This document shows positions 30,901 through 40,652 of a stretch of 64,000 bases of DNA, in pieces (within the stretch, counting starts at the first letter, position 1; each line of letters starts with the position of its first letter). The DNA is taken from the NCBI GenBank assembly GCA_963750165.1, contig CAVVPN010000011.1, forward strand, positions 736,001-800,000, given 5' to 3'. Source of the stretch: an uncultured Gemmataceae bacterium (lineage in GTDB: Bacteria; Planctomycetota; Planctomycetia; Gemmatales; Gemmataceae). The position numbers and the translations under genes were made by a program. The notes beneath the pieces are model-generated. The model was not told where the DNA came from and ran no database searches. It saw nothing but the letters and a program-made list of their open reading frames with translations.

Positions 30901-31296
30901 GCGCGACGAGGAAAAGAGGACGCGCCGCGAATCGGGGGTCCAGCCGATGACGGTGTCGTTGGCGCTGTGGAAGGTGAGCTGCGTCGCCTTGCCGCCGGCC
31001 GCGGGCATGACGAACACGTCGTAGTTGCCGTAGCGGTCGGACGAGAACGCGATCCACTTGCCGTCCGGCGAGAAGCGCGGATAGATATCACGGCCGCGGT
31101 GGACGGTCAGGCGCCGCGGGTGGCTGCCGTCGTCGTGGACGGTCCACAGGTCGCCGAGGTAGCTGAAGACGATCTTGCCGTTGTGGTAGTCAGGGTGACG
31201 GGCCAGCTTGACCTCGACGGCCGCGGCCGGCAGCGCCGCCAGCGCCAGGACCAGGGCCGCAAGTAGTGGACGGCCGCGCAGCAGGGTGCGAAGCAT
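27994..31296 (-). CDS. Tricorn-like S41 protease
   Basis: Signal peptide, PD40 propellers, PDZ-like region, GYLHI, DQRFNPGG, TSDAE and ENYGVPPD motifs. Confidence 0.93.
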   Translation of the reverse strand: MLRTLLRGRPLLAALVLALAALPAAAVEVKLARHPDYHNGKIVFSYLGDLWTVHDDGSHPRRLTVHRGRDIYPRFSPDGKWIAFSSDRYGNYDVFVMPAAGGKATQLTFHSANDTVIGWTPDSRRVLFSSSRGLMYPGIPNLYEVPVGGGLEQPVLTDWGSWGSYSPDGKLLAFTRHPAVWSRRHYRGSYAADLWLLDTSNRSFKRLLDDQLPDNEKPNNLWPMFAPGGDIYFVSDRAVQGKAGSPVVLKSTSNLWKINRSGGNPVQVTKHTSGALFFPALSSDGKVIVYEENFGVWKLDTATGQTSEIKIDITSDDQENNLETLTVNGEADSFHVSPSGKRAVIAVKGELFTIATEKGDVRRLTSTPQVREGQPQWSPDGKRIAFICDKSGDEQIWVCDEFGKQMKQISQGDSLKSQLRWAPDSKALLYTASDNKLYRYDLDGGKTTVLASSAVLAGGDAIGNPQWSPDGKWVSYTRPDKTLLPHVYVIPAEGGNPMRVTDRDTYSDTLAFWTGDGKRLVFLGGTDLINSSAKRVQPNAQIYSVALLPETSDPADKSVDSEEQATKQPGVKPAGPVGKVEVKIDFTNIGRRVRQLTRVGDAITTLALSPNGRSVVFATFGVEGGRNVQSLWSLAVDGDKPATRLAQSASTPTDDQPPARGFGGGGFTMLQFSRDGKTLFYKQGSNLYALPLGGAAEALAGKGPAATGGRKLAFTVRVEVDHRELRKQVFHESWRIMKHRFYDAGMHGINWAKMRQTYEPLLEHVADQEELHNVISLMIGELNASHTGISGGGRFSSEEKAVTRFPGFELEADKSGYYKVTHVYRHGPADRDYVKIRVGDYVLAIDDQELKAGDNYWKHYTRPMGSRLEFTVNDKPQPAGAWKAKVTPVTSFQMATLQYEKWVAERRALVAKLSNGDFGYLHIRQMSEPELRKFERDLAMLHTKKALVIDQRFNPGGNIDQELLQILQQKQYQYTKPRSSGETVTRPLHGFFGPKVVLANERSTSDAEVFPDGFRTLKLGKVVGVTTYGAVIGTGAYKLMDGSVIRTPGFGLWNVSGTNLENYGVPPDVYVDNTPEDFFRGRDAQLEKAVEVLRQELKAK

Positions 31297-31438
31297 GGGG
31301 GACTCTCTTCCTGGGTGACAGGGAACGAATGCCATCAGGAAGGGATGATACGCCACCGCCCGCGGGGCCGCAAGCGCCTGGAGCGCATTTCGAGCACGTC
31401 CAGTGCCACGCCGACCGCCGACGCGCTTCCGAAAGCAA

Positions 31439-31535
31439 GCGCACGTTGCGTTGGGAGGTAGCGGAAGTCGCCAGACTTCCGAACTGCGGCGGACGGAAGT
31501 CTGGCGACTTCCGCTACCCTCAAGGGCAAGCGGCG
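31439..31535. repeat. MITE-like element with GTAG-REP doublet, copy 3 (degenerate ends)
   Basis: REP doublet 31458-31517 with arms identical to copies 1 and 2; outer limits approximate. Confidence 0.82.
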
Positions 31536-31583
31536 GGGCCGGAGATTCTCCATCTCGCGGTTGAGGCGGACGGTCAGGCGACC

Positions 31584-32492
31584 TCAACGGCGACCAAGCT
31601 TTTTCTCCTTGCCCGGTTTTTCTGGGGATTGTGCCGCGGGAACGTCCAGCTCGCGCTCCACCAACTCGCGGATGACCAGCGTGTCGAGGGCACTGGCCCG
31701 GAGGAGCAGGGCATTGATATGCGGGTCGGCGACCACGCGAATGCGCTCTGGTGAGATGGGGCTCTTGCCAGACCGAGTGCCGTTGAACGCCTCGTCGAGG
31801 ACGCGGGCCACGCTGTCAGCCCGGGTGTGCTTCAGCCGGATCACGTAAAAGTCGCACTGGATGGTAGGCTGCGGTTGGTGGCGGATCAGGTCCGCCACCA
31901 ACCGCATCACCGCGGGGTCGTCCGTCGTGACGATCAGTTTGTTGCCGACAGGGGTAAAGGTCACCGGAGCGGGATCCTTGCCGGCCGGCGTTTTTTTCTT
32001 CTCCGGCGTGGGTTTGCCAGCCTTCTTGCCCAGATGGTCGGCCGGGAGCGGCCCCCCGACTGGCAAGTCAGGGCGCATCTCCGCCAGCATCCGCCGCAAG
32101 GCCCGGGCCAGGGTGGTGGCAGTGCCGTGCTCCACGGTGAAGACGCGCGTGTTCCCGCCGTGCTTTCCCACTTCCTGCTTCCCCACTTCCTCCAGTGATC
32201 GCAGGACTTCCCTGATCTCCGTCAGCTGCTCCACGCTGCCGCGGACCAGCAGCGCCTTGCGCTGCGGGAAGAACTCGATGAACGGCCCGCCCGTCTTGGC
32301 GCCGCCGAACATCGCCTTGAGGCTGTTGGTCACCTGCTCGGCGTCCGGCCAGTCCAGGGGCAGCACTACCGTGACCGGCTTCGCCTGCTTGTCCTGGGCC
32401 ATCACCGCGCCCGGCGGCCCCAGGAGCCAGCACCCCAGCACGACGCTTGCGATCAACCATCCCAGGCCGCGGCCAACTCGACGTGCGCTCAT
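31584..32492 (-). CDS. Secreted Secretin_N (NolW-like) repeat protein without secretin barrel
   Basis: Signal peptide; three repeats of ...A..V...L...N.L.V.G/A (e.g. VIRLKHTRADSVARVL...VVADPHINALLLRAS). Confidence 0.7.
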   Translation of the reverse strand: MSARRVGRGLGWLIASVVLGCWLLGPPGAVMAQDKQAKPVTVVLPLDWPDAEQVTNSLKAMFGGAKTGGPFIEFFPQRKALLVRGSVEQLTEIREVLRSLEEVGKQEVGKHGGNTRVFTVEHGTATTLARALRRMLAEMRPDLPVGGPLPADHLGKKAGKPTPEKKKTPAGKDPAPVTFTPVGNKLIVTTDDPAVMRLVADLIRHQPQPTIQCDFYVIRLKHTRADSVARVLDEAFNGTRSGKSPISPERIRVVADPHINALLLRASALDTLVIRELVERELDVPAAQSPEKPGKEKKLGRR

Positions 32493-32644
32493 GGAATCCT
32501 CCTGGAAGTTGCGACCCTCCTGGCCGGTCGTTTCCTTCACGGCAGCAGTACGCTTTCTACAAACGGTAACGCCGGATGATGAGAAGCGCATGAGGCGGAA
32601 ATGAGAACCGCGGTCGCGGTATTTCTGCCGCTTGCGGCAGACCA

Positions 32645-34445
32645 TCAAAGCGCCGGCCCCGGCGCCGGCTCCTCGCGGTAGGGCTGGCCCTGTTCGTACA
32701 GCCGCAGGCGCTGGTGGGCCGTTTCCCGGGTGCGCCCGGCCGGGTTCGGCAGTTCCACGACGCGCCGCTGCACCTTGATCGCGTCGGCGAACTGGCCGCG
32801 CTCGGCGTGCGCCGCGGCCAGCGCTTCCAGCACCCAGGCGTCCTTTTCGCCGCGCACCTTCAGCGCCGCCGTGGCATGCTCCAGCGCCTCCTTGCCGTTA
32901 CGCTGCTTCGCCTCCGGGCACGATGCCAGCAGCCACGCCAGCCGCGCGTGCGCTCGCCAGTCGCGCGCGTTCAGCTCGATGGCCTTGCGAAAATCCTGGC
33001 CGGCTGCCTCGTACTGCTGCTGGCGCAACTGAGCGCGGCCGCGGTTGCGGAACGCCGGGGCGTAATGGTCGTCCACATCGATGGCCTTGCTGAACGCGGC
33101 AATCGCCTCGGGATAATCCCGGTCCACCAGGAAGTAAATGCCGCGGTTGTGATGACTCTGCACCAGCCCCTTGCGGTAGCGGTTGCCGGTGGCGTGGTCG
33201 CGCACCGAGCTGCTCGTTGATCCGCAAGGCCTCGTCCAGGGCTTCCAGGGCCTTGGCGTACTCTCCCGAACGCAGGTGGACCATGCCCAGGCTGTTGGTT
33301 ACCTGGCCCAGCTCTTCGCGATACCGCGGCACCCGTGGGTACTCGGCGGTCAAATTTTTCAGCAGCCGCCGGGCCTCCCGCATCGCGGTTTCCGCCTGCG
33401 GCAACTGGTTCAAACTCGTGTACACCGCCCCTTGCCGATAGATGGTGCGGCTCAGGTGCCGCCAGTATAGCGGCAGCCGCGGGTGTTCGTCCGCCAGCTG
33501 CCGCCGCAGGACCAGTGCCTTGCCCAGCATCTCCTCGGCATCCCGTGGCTTCGCCGCCCGGTGCAGGCTCAGGCCGAGGTGGTGGTAACTCTCCGACAGG
33601 TCCAGCTGATAGTCCGCCACGGCCGGCGCCAGCTTGACCAGGCGCAAGCGCAACTGCAGCGCCTGCTCGTGGACCTCCTTCGCCTCCAGCGGCCGGCCGG
33701 TCGCCTCGAACAACAGGCTGCCGAGCCGGCTGAGCGTGAAGGCGTACGCCTGCAAATAGGTCGCGTCCTGCGGGAACTGCGTCACCAGCACCTGCTGTAG
33801 ATCCAGGGCTGCGCGGTACGCCTGCTCGGCGGCCTGCAGCTGGCCCTGGTCGCGCAGCGCGTCGCCGTGGGTGTGCTGGCACGCGGCCAGTTGCCGGCGG
33901 TGTTCTGGCACCTCGGGATGGGCCTCTTCCAGCGGCCCCAGCAGCGCCAGCGCCCGCTCCAACGCCTCGTTCGCCCTGGCGGGCTGGCCCTGCGCCCAGC
34001 GCAGCTCGCCGAGCCGGTGGTACGCGAGGCCGGTCTCCTGGCGGACCTTCGGGTCGTCTGCGGCGTCCTCCAGCAGTTCCTTGAAGAACCGCAGGGCGGC
34101 CTCCAGCTGCCGCAACCGCGGGGCCGCCGCGTCGGGGTCTCCGGCCAGTTCCAGTTCGACCGGGCTGACGCGCGTCAGCTGGTTCAGGACGGCCAGCGCC
34201 TTTTGCAACCGGTCCTCGGCCTCCGCGCGCCGCCGCTCTTCAACGCCCTTCTCTTCCTCCAGCCGGCCGCCGTACAGCACCAGACCCACGACCAGCGTCA
34301 CCACCGCCGCCACGCTCACGACCAGCAGGACCATCACGCTCGGGCCGCGCCGCCGCTGCGCTGCCAGCCGGAGCGGGGTCGCAATGCCCGTGGCGGGGCC
34401 GGGCCGTACCAAATGGACAGCGCTTTCGGGAATGACGGGATCCAT
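32645..34445 (-). CDS. Membrane-anchored TPR protein, frameshift near 33207
   Basis: N-terminal TM, many TPRs, C-terminal LAWLLASCPEAKQRNG TPR cap in the adjacent frame. Confidence 0.82.
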
Positions 34446-34827
34446 GCGCGGATGACCTCCCAGTCTGGACGAGCTTCACCAATCAGCCCTGGTCGTGCAG
34501 GCGAACGCTGCAACCCAGGGAGGAAGGGATATGAAGACAGTGTAAAGCCCGCCGGGTAGGGAATGCAAGCGTTTGCTGGCGGGTGTGTCGGAACGCAATA
34601 GAAATGTCCTCTGTTTGGTTGAACTGGAGCGGTTCGCGAATGGCAGGCGCACACCACGGTTTGTGGTCCACGCGCTTGCGAACCGCTCCAAAAGCGAGAA
34701 AAATACAAACGTTATCCCTGGTGCGTTTGCATTCGGCTGCGGCATGAACTACCTTTCATTCGGCCAGGCAACCTGGCCAACGGTTTCTGGCCCACCCAGG
34801 GTTCCTCCAACGAAAGGATCGACTCAG

Positions 34828-35019
34828 ATGATTTCGCACCTGACCCGAAGTGTCGTGAACTTCCTGCAGCGTGAAGATGGCCCGACGGCCGTCGAGTACG
34901 CGGTCATGCTGGCCCTGATTATCGTGGTGTGCATCGTCGCCATCACCGCCCTGGGCAGCAACGCCAACGCCACCTTCTCCAGCGTCAGCAATACCATCGG
35001 CTCCACCACCGGCAGCTGA
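34828..35019 (+). CDS. flp: Flp family type IVb pilin
   Basis: FLQREDG|PTAVEYAVMLALIIVVCI; AAGGA RBS. Confidence 0.95.
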   Translation: MISHLTRSVVNFLQREDGPTAVEYAVMLALIIVVCIVAITALGSNANATFSSVSNTIGSTTGS

Positions 35020-35063
35020 CCACGGCTCGCCTCGCCTCGAAAGCAAGCAAAGTTGATAGCGCC

Positions 35064-35124
35064 AGACCCCGTTTACGGTTTGCGAGGAATGCCACTCGCG
35101 AACCGTAAACGGGGTCTCGTTTTT
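35064..35124 (+). terminator. Intrinsic terminator after flp
   Basis: AGACCCCGTTTACGGTTTGCGAG...CTCGCGAACCGTAAACGGGGTCT followed by CGTTTTT. Confidence 0.75.
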
Positions 35125-35229
35125 GTCCGGGAACACTTATTCCGAGCCTGAGTGCCAGCGCTGGGCCTGCTTGGCCCCGCGCTGGCGTCGGGCTCGGACC
35201 CACCACGAAAATCCACGGGCAATCCCGTC

Positions 35230-35713
35230 TTAGCCGCCCTTGAGGATGAAGGAGTTCAGGAACTTTTGCACCTCCGGGTCCGAAAGCCGGTGCTTGTCCC
35301 CGAGGGCCATGAGCTGATACAGCCGATTGTTGGCGTACACCAGGCGCCCGGAAGCGAAGCCCCTGGTCGGCTGCTGAATCGTCATCTCAAACTCCCTGCG
35401 CGGCGCCCCCCACCCGAACGGCAGTGGACTTGAGTAAACTGCCGCCCTGCGAACGGACGATCGTGTTCACGAAGTTGTCGAAGTTCGGCGCAACGCCGGG
35501 GGGCAGATCGGTGTAGGAGACCATGTACGCCCCATTGCGGTGTTCCGCGACCAGCGTGGTCTGCGCGGACGACCCCTGCCCGCGCGTCTCTTTCCTGGTG
35601 CTGCTGGGCAAGTAGACGCTGTACGTCCCATCGTCGGACGTTCGCATGCGCCACTCGGGCTCACAGCCCAGCGGCAGCAGCATCACGACAGCCAACCAGA
35701 ACCACTTGTTCAT
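35230..35713 (-). CDS. Lipoprotein, frameshift near 35405
   Basis: Lipobox LPLGC; continues in another frame as REFEMTI...NNRLYQLMALG...VQKFLNSFILKGG-stop. Confidence 0.72.
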
Positions 35714-35767
35714 GAGCCCTCCACAGGTTCGGTAATGCGTCGGACGGGTTCGGCGAGCCCGGGGAGG

Positions 35768-35799
35768 AAAAGAAAGGGCCGCACCAGTGCGGCCCTTTC
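35768..35799 (-). terminator. Intrinsic terminator
   Basis: GAAAGGGCCGCA-N4-TGCGGCCCTTTC followed by a T tract on the minus strand. Confidence 0.75.
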
Positions 35800-35826
35800 C
35801 CGGTGATCATTGCTCGCGGCCGTCAC

Positions 35827-38800
35827 TCACTCCGGCGCGCTGGCCGCCTTCTGGCGGTAGTCGGCAATGATTTGACGCAGGGGGCCCTGAATGCGTTCCA
35901 AACTCGCGTTGACCCGCACCATATCCGGCCGGCTCAGCGCCTCCAACCGCGCGGCCTCCGTGAAGTCGAACTTCGCCGCCTCAAGCTTAGCTTTGTTTTT
36001 CTGCTGATACCGCGCCAGCCCCAGGAAATAGTGGTAGCGGGCGTCGGGTTCGTAGAAACTCTTGGCCTGCTGGAACTGGAACTCGGCCTCCTTGTACTTG
36101 CGCTGCCAGAAGTAGTCCAGCCCCTTGCTGAAGTAGCGCTCGGCCATGCGCGGGTCGGCGTTCGCCTGCGCGTCCAGCTGCTGGAACGCCGGGTGCTCGC
36201 GCACCATGCGCACCAGCTCCTCCGTCGGCTTGCCGGGATAGTACAGCCTCAAACCCTCGACGTACTCCACCACCGCCTTGGTGCGCTCGCTCTGCTGCAG
36301 GTACGCCAGACCAAGAATCATGTGGCCCTCGCCGCGCACCTTCATGTCCCTGGACTTTATCAGCACCTTCGCCAGTTTGATGCTCTCCTGCAACCGCTTC
36401 TCGCGCGCCAGGTCGTCCTTCTCATCGTCCTGCACCTGCACGCACGTCAGCGACAGCAGAACGAGCAGCGCCCGCGGGTCCGCGGCCAGCAGGGCGTTTT
36501 CCTCCTCACGGAGCCCGGCGGGCGGGGCCAGCTGACCGGCCTTGTCGCCCATCGGCGCTGGCGGGACCGGCTCCGCCGCAGCCCGCGGCAACTGCAACAG
36601 CTTCGCCAGCGCCGCCCGATAGCGGTCCTGCTCCGGCGCCTTGGCCAGCGCCGCCCGGTAGTTCGCCTCCGCCCGGTCCAGCTGGCCGCTCTGCTCGTCC
36701 AGCCGGCCCAGCACGAACAGCGCCTCCGGCTCCACCTGCGGATCCTTCTTCGCCGCCTCCGCGTCCTGCCGCACCAGCTGCCGGATCGCGTCGTTCATCG
36801 GTTTGCCAGCCGGCACGCTGTCCAGCCGCACCAGCGCCCGCGCCGTCAGCAGCTTGCCGTTGTCCGGCATCGCCTGCAGGGCGGTCGTCAAATCCTGCAG
36901 CGCTTCGATCGTCCGCCCGTCGGCGGCCAGCTTCCGCGCCAGCGGCAGATAGTAGGCGTCGGGGTCGGTCAGCTCCTTCAGCGCCGAGCCGGCCAGGGCG
37001 CCGACCTGCGGTGTCTTGGCCCGCGTCGCGGCGGTCTCGGCGGCCTCCAGCGACTTCCTGGCCTCGGCGAACCGGCCGTGGTTGCGCTGCGCCAGGCCGA
37101 GCGCCAGCAGCGCCTTGGCCTTGGCCTCGGTGCTGGTGCCCGAGTCCTTGGCAGCCACCCACTGAGCGTACTTGCTCACGCCAGTCAGGTCGGCGGCGTC
37201 CTTGCGGTCGCGGTTTTGCAGCAGCGCGATCCAGTTCTCCAGCCGCTGCTCCGGCGTCTCGGACAGCGCCTGCCGGGCGAGCGCCACCTTGAGCGCCGCG
37301 TCCTTGGCGGACGAGTCCACGGCCTCCTTGGCCAGCTGGCTCACGCCGCCGCCCAGGCCGCCCAGCGACTTCGCCATCTGGCCCATGTAGGTCACCAGCG
37401 GCGACTGCGCCGACAGCACCGCCTTGCGCGTGCCGCTGACCAGTTGGTCATTCTTGTCAGCCCCTCCCTTGAGAAAATTGCCCGTTTTCAGCTCCGCCAG
37501 CGCCGCGTCCACGGCCTTGGTCGTTTCCGCCTTCTCCTTCTCCAGCGCCAACTTGTCGGCGGTTAATGCCGTCTTCTCCTTGGTCAGCGCCTTGACCGAC
37601 GTGTCCAGGCCGTCGCGTTCCTTCGTCAATTTCTGGTTGTCCGTGGTCAGCTGCTCGTTCTCCTTGCCGAGGCGCTGCCACTCCTTCGCCAGGAAGTCCA
37701 CCGCCTTGACCGTGTCGTCCGCCTTGACCTTCGCGGTCTCCAGCGCTTCAGTGATTTGCTTGAGCTTGGTCTTGTTCACCGCCATCTGCTTGGCCAGCTC
37801 CTTTTCATTGGCCTCGGCGGCGATCTTGTCGGCGCGCATCGTCGTGAGGGTGTTGATGGTCAATTCGATGCGCTTGGTCAGGGCGTTATTGTTGGCGTCC
37901 TCGGCGTCCTTGAGCGCCTTTTGAACAGCCTCGTCCTTTTTGTTGACCGGCTGGTCGTTCTTCAATTTCTCCACGATGTACTTGTCGAAACGGATGTCGC
38001 CGCGGGCGGACAGTTCGTCCGGCCCCTGCGCGTTCTCAACCTTCGCCAGCGCCCCGTCCAGGTCGCCCTTCTGCCGTAGCAGTTGCGCTTCCACGGCCGG
38101 CTTCGGCTTCTCCTTGGCTTGCCACTTCGCCTGGGGCTCTTTGGTGTCGCCCGGCGACGGCGGAATCGCCGACAGCAGGTCCGGCTTGAAGTACCAGATG
38201 GCCGCGGCGCCCGCTGCGATCACGAACGACAGGAAGCCCAGCGCGAACAGCAGGAACGAAAACAGCGCCCCGACCATGCTGCGGCGCCGCTCGACCGGGA
38301 CGTAACCGCGCGGCAGCTTGCCCTTCGGCGTCGGCGTCTCCTCTTCCTCCTCGGCGCCGCCCACCGTGACAGTGGCGCGCTTCTTCGTGGTGGTCTTGCG
38401 GGTGGGCGTCGTCACCACCTCTTCCTCTTCCACCTCCTCGACGAGCACCTTGCTCTTGCCGACCTTCGCCTGCGTCCTCGCCTTGGGGACGACCAACTCC
38501 TCGTCCAGATCCTCGACCACCTCGGCGGCCTTGCCCTTGGCCCGGGGCGCCACCAGGGGCTCGTCCTCGACGACCTCCTCGACGGCATCGAGATCCACGT
38601 CCGGCTCGCCCGATTTGGGCGCCAGCAGCAGATCGTCCAGGATTTGTTCTTCCGTGGGGCCGCCCTCAAGCAGCACGCTCTCGTCGAGAACGTCCAGGTC
38701 CGCGCCTGCCTTGGCCTTGCCAGAGTCGGCATCGCCCCAGAGTTTGCCCGAATCGACCGCCTCGTCGGTTACCTCGACGACCTCTTCCACGCCGGACTGC

Positions 38801-40266
38801 GCCAGGTGTTCGGCCGACGAACCCAGGTCCACGGCGGACGACTCGGGGCCGGAGGTTGCCGTCTTGCCGAGGTCGATCTCACCGGATTGCGGCGTCGGTC
38901 GCTTGGACGGCTTGGTCTTGGACGAGTCCTCCAGCAGGTCCACGCCGGACTCCAGCGCCTCGGCGATCATGTCCACGCCGGACGGGGCCGGGCCGCGCGC
39001 ACTCTTCTTGCCCAGGTCCACTTCCGAGGCGCCCTCGACCAGCACCTCATCGCCGAGCACGTCGTCATCGGTGACGCGGGCGCCGGAGATCACCGAGCCG
39101 GTCGGGTCGATGGCGTCCAGGTTCAGGTCCGCGTCGGAGACGACACCGGGGCGCTGCATGTGCAGATCGGACGGGGCGGCCTCGGTCACGTCGAGGATTT
39201 CTTCCTCCATCACGTCCTCGCCAGCGTCCGGTTCGCCGAGCTTGGCGCCAGTCTTGCGTTTGGCGCCGGTCTTGCGCTTGGGTGGCGTTGGCGGCCCGGC
39301 CGCGGCGGCGCCGCCCAGGCCGGTATCAATTTCTTCGGGTTCCTGTGCGCCGAGCATGGTCGGCACGGAGCCCTTCGGGCCGATGCGCGTCGGTGCCGCG
39401 ACCTTGCGCGGCGCCATGGCGGTCGGCTTGGCGCCTGGTTTGGTTGGCGGCGGCGACCCGCCGACGATCGGGACTTCGCCGGACGACCGAGGGGGCGGCG
39501 CCATCGGGCCGGACGGCGGCGACTCTTCCACCACGTCCACGAGATCCTCGACGACCTCCTCGACGGGTTGCGGCAGTTTCTTGCTGGAACCCTCGACGAG
39601 CTCCACGTCCTCAAGCACGTCCTCGACCGGCATGGGGCTGGGCAGCATCTTGCTGGAGCCCGACAGCACCTCCACGTCTTCGAGCACGTCCTCGGACGGC
39701 AGCGGGGCCGACATCTTCACACTGGAACCGGACAGGACTTCCACGTCCTCCAGCACGTTCTCGGACGGCAGGGGCGCGGCGGGCTGCGGCAGCTTCTTGC
39801 TGGAGCCGCCGACGACCTCCACGTCTTCGATCACGTCCTCGATCACATCCTCGACCGGCATGGGCTTCGGCAGCTTTTTGCTGGAGCCCTCGACGATCTC
39901 GATGTCGTCAATCACGTCCTCGACCGGCATGGGGGCGGGGAGCCTCTTGCTGGAGCCCTCCACCACTTCCACATCCTCGATCACGTCCTCGAGCACTTCC
40001 TCGACGGGCAACGGCGCGACGGGCTGCGGCAGTTTCTTACTGGAGCCCTCGACGACCTCCACGTCTTCGAGCACCTCCTCGACCAACTCAACCGGTTCGA
40101 CCGGCTCGACCGGCATGGGCTTCGGCAGCTTTTTGCTGGAGCCCTCGACGATCTCAATATCCTCGATGATGTCTTCAACAGGTTCGACCGGCGCCGGCCG
40201 GCGTGGCGGCTGCGGCGGTTGTGGCGGCTGCGGGTTGCCGCGCGGGTCGTTATTTTTCTTTGCCAT
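35827..40266 (-). CDS. 1479-aa bitopic protein: acidic repetitive N-terminus, TM, coiled coil, TPRs
   Basis: About eight VEDVLEDVEVVEGSSKKLP repeats, one TM (GALFSFLLFALGFLSFVIAAGAAAIWYF), TPR-like C-terminus. Confidence 0.88.
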   Translation of the reverse strand: MAKKNNDPRGNPQPPQPPQPPRRPAPVEPVEDIIEDIEIVEGSSKKLPKPMPVEPVEPVELVEEVLEDVEVVEGSSKKLPQPVAPLPVEEVLEDVIEDVEVVEGSSKRLPAPMPVEDVIDDIEIVEGSSKKLPKPMPVEDVIEDVIEDVEVVGGSSKKLPQPAAPLPSENVLEDVEVLSGSSVKMSAPLPSEDVLEDVEVLSGSSKMLPSPMPVEDVLEDVELVEGSSKKLPQPVEEVVEDLVDVVEESPPSGPMAPPPRSSGEVPIVGGSPPPTKPGAKPTAMAPRKVAAPTRIGPKGSVPTMLGAQEPEEIDTGLGGAAAAGPPTPPKRKTGAKRKTGAKLGEPDAGEDVMEEEILDVTEAAPSDLHMQRPGVVSDADLNLDAIDPTGSVISGARVTDDDVLGDEVLVEGASEVDLGKKSARGPAPSGVDMIAEALESGVDLLEDSSKTKPSKRPTPQSGEIDLGKTATSGPESSAVDLGSSAEHLAQSGVEEVVEVTDEAVDSGKLWGDADSGKAKAGADLDVLDESVLLEGGPTEEQILDDLLLAPKSGEPDVDLDAVEEVVEDEPLVAPRAKGKAAEVVEDLDEELVVPKARTQAKVGKSKVLVEEVEEEEVVTTPTRKTTTKKRATVTVGGAEEEEETPTPKGKLPRGYVPVERRRSMVGALFSFLLFALGFLSFVIAAGAAAIWYFKPDLLSAIPPSPGDTKEPQAKWQAKEKPKPAVEAQLLRQKGDLDGALAKVENAQGPDELSARGDIRFDKYIVEKLKNDQPVNKKDEAVQKALKDAEDANNNALTKRIELTINTLTTMRADKIAAEANEKELAKQMAVNKTKLKQITEALETAKVKADDTVKAVDFLAKEWQRLGKENEQLTTDNQKLTKERDGLDTSVKALTKEKTALTADKLALEKEKAETTKAVDAALAELKTGNFLKGGADKNDQLVSGTRKAVLSAQSPLVTYMGQMAKSLGGLGGGVSQLAKEAVDSSAKDAALKVALARQALSETPEQRLENWIALLQNRDRKDAADLTGVSKYAQWVAAKDSGTSTEAKAKALLALGLAQRNHGRFAEARKSLEAAETAATRAKTPQVGALAGSALKELTDPDAYYLPLARKLAADGRTIEALQDLTTALQAMPDNGKLLTARALVRLDSVPAGKPMNDAIRQLVRQDAEAAKKDPQVEPEALFVLGRLDEQSGQLDRAEANYRAALAKAPEQDRYRAALAKLLQLPRAAAEPVPPAPMGDKAGQLAPPAGLREEENALLAADPRALLVLLSLTCVQVQDDEKDDLAREKRLQESIKLAKVLIKSRDMKVRGEGHMILGLAYLQQSERTKAVVEYVEGLRLYYPGKPTEELVRMVREHPAFQQLDAQANADPRMAERYFSKGLDYFWQRKYKEAEFQFQQAKSFYEPDARYHYFLGLARYQQKNKAKLEAAKFDFTEAARLEALSRPDMVRVNASLERIQGPLRQIIADYRQKAASAPE

Positions 40267-40652
40267 GACAACTCCAGAGGTGTGAGGCCCCGGCGACGAC
40301 GTCGGCCCCGTGCGATGCGCGGAATCGGAAACGACACCCCATTTTCTCGCATCGACGGCGGTTCATCAATGCTTTTTCGCAAAAAGGCGCGGTCGGCCGC
40401 GCCCGGTGGCGGTGGAATTGCTCTCGTCAGCGTGCCCGGCACAGGCGCCGTGGACGGCACAGACGGTGGGTCTGCCGTTTGCGGGAACGTCACCAGAAGC
40501 GGACTACAATCCTTTTCCCCGCCGCTCCTGCTGGTCGCAAAACCGTCAGTGCCGGTGCGCGAATGACCAGATTTCGCGCGGCCAGGCGCTTGAGAATGCC
40601 CCACCCACGGCTTACGATGAAAAGAGGACCACCCGCCGAGAAAGGACCGGTC

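Noticed and set aside
28330..31266. 978-aa plus-strand ORF
   Set aside because: Antisense shadow of the tricorn protease, caused by high-GC codon bias.
18888..31517. 24-nt palindromic repeats as a CRISPR array
   Set aside because: Copies are inverted pairs kilobases apart, not direct repeats with spacers; no cas genes.
38083..40566. 827-aa and 655-aa plus-strand ORFs
   Set aside because: Antisense shadows of the acidic-repeat gene.
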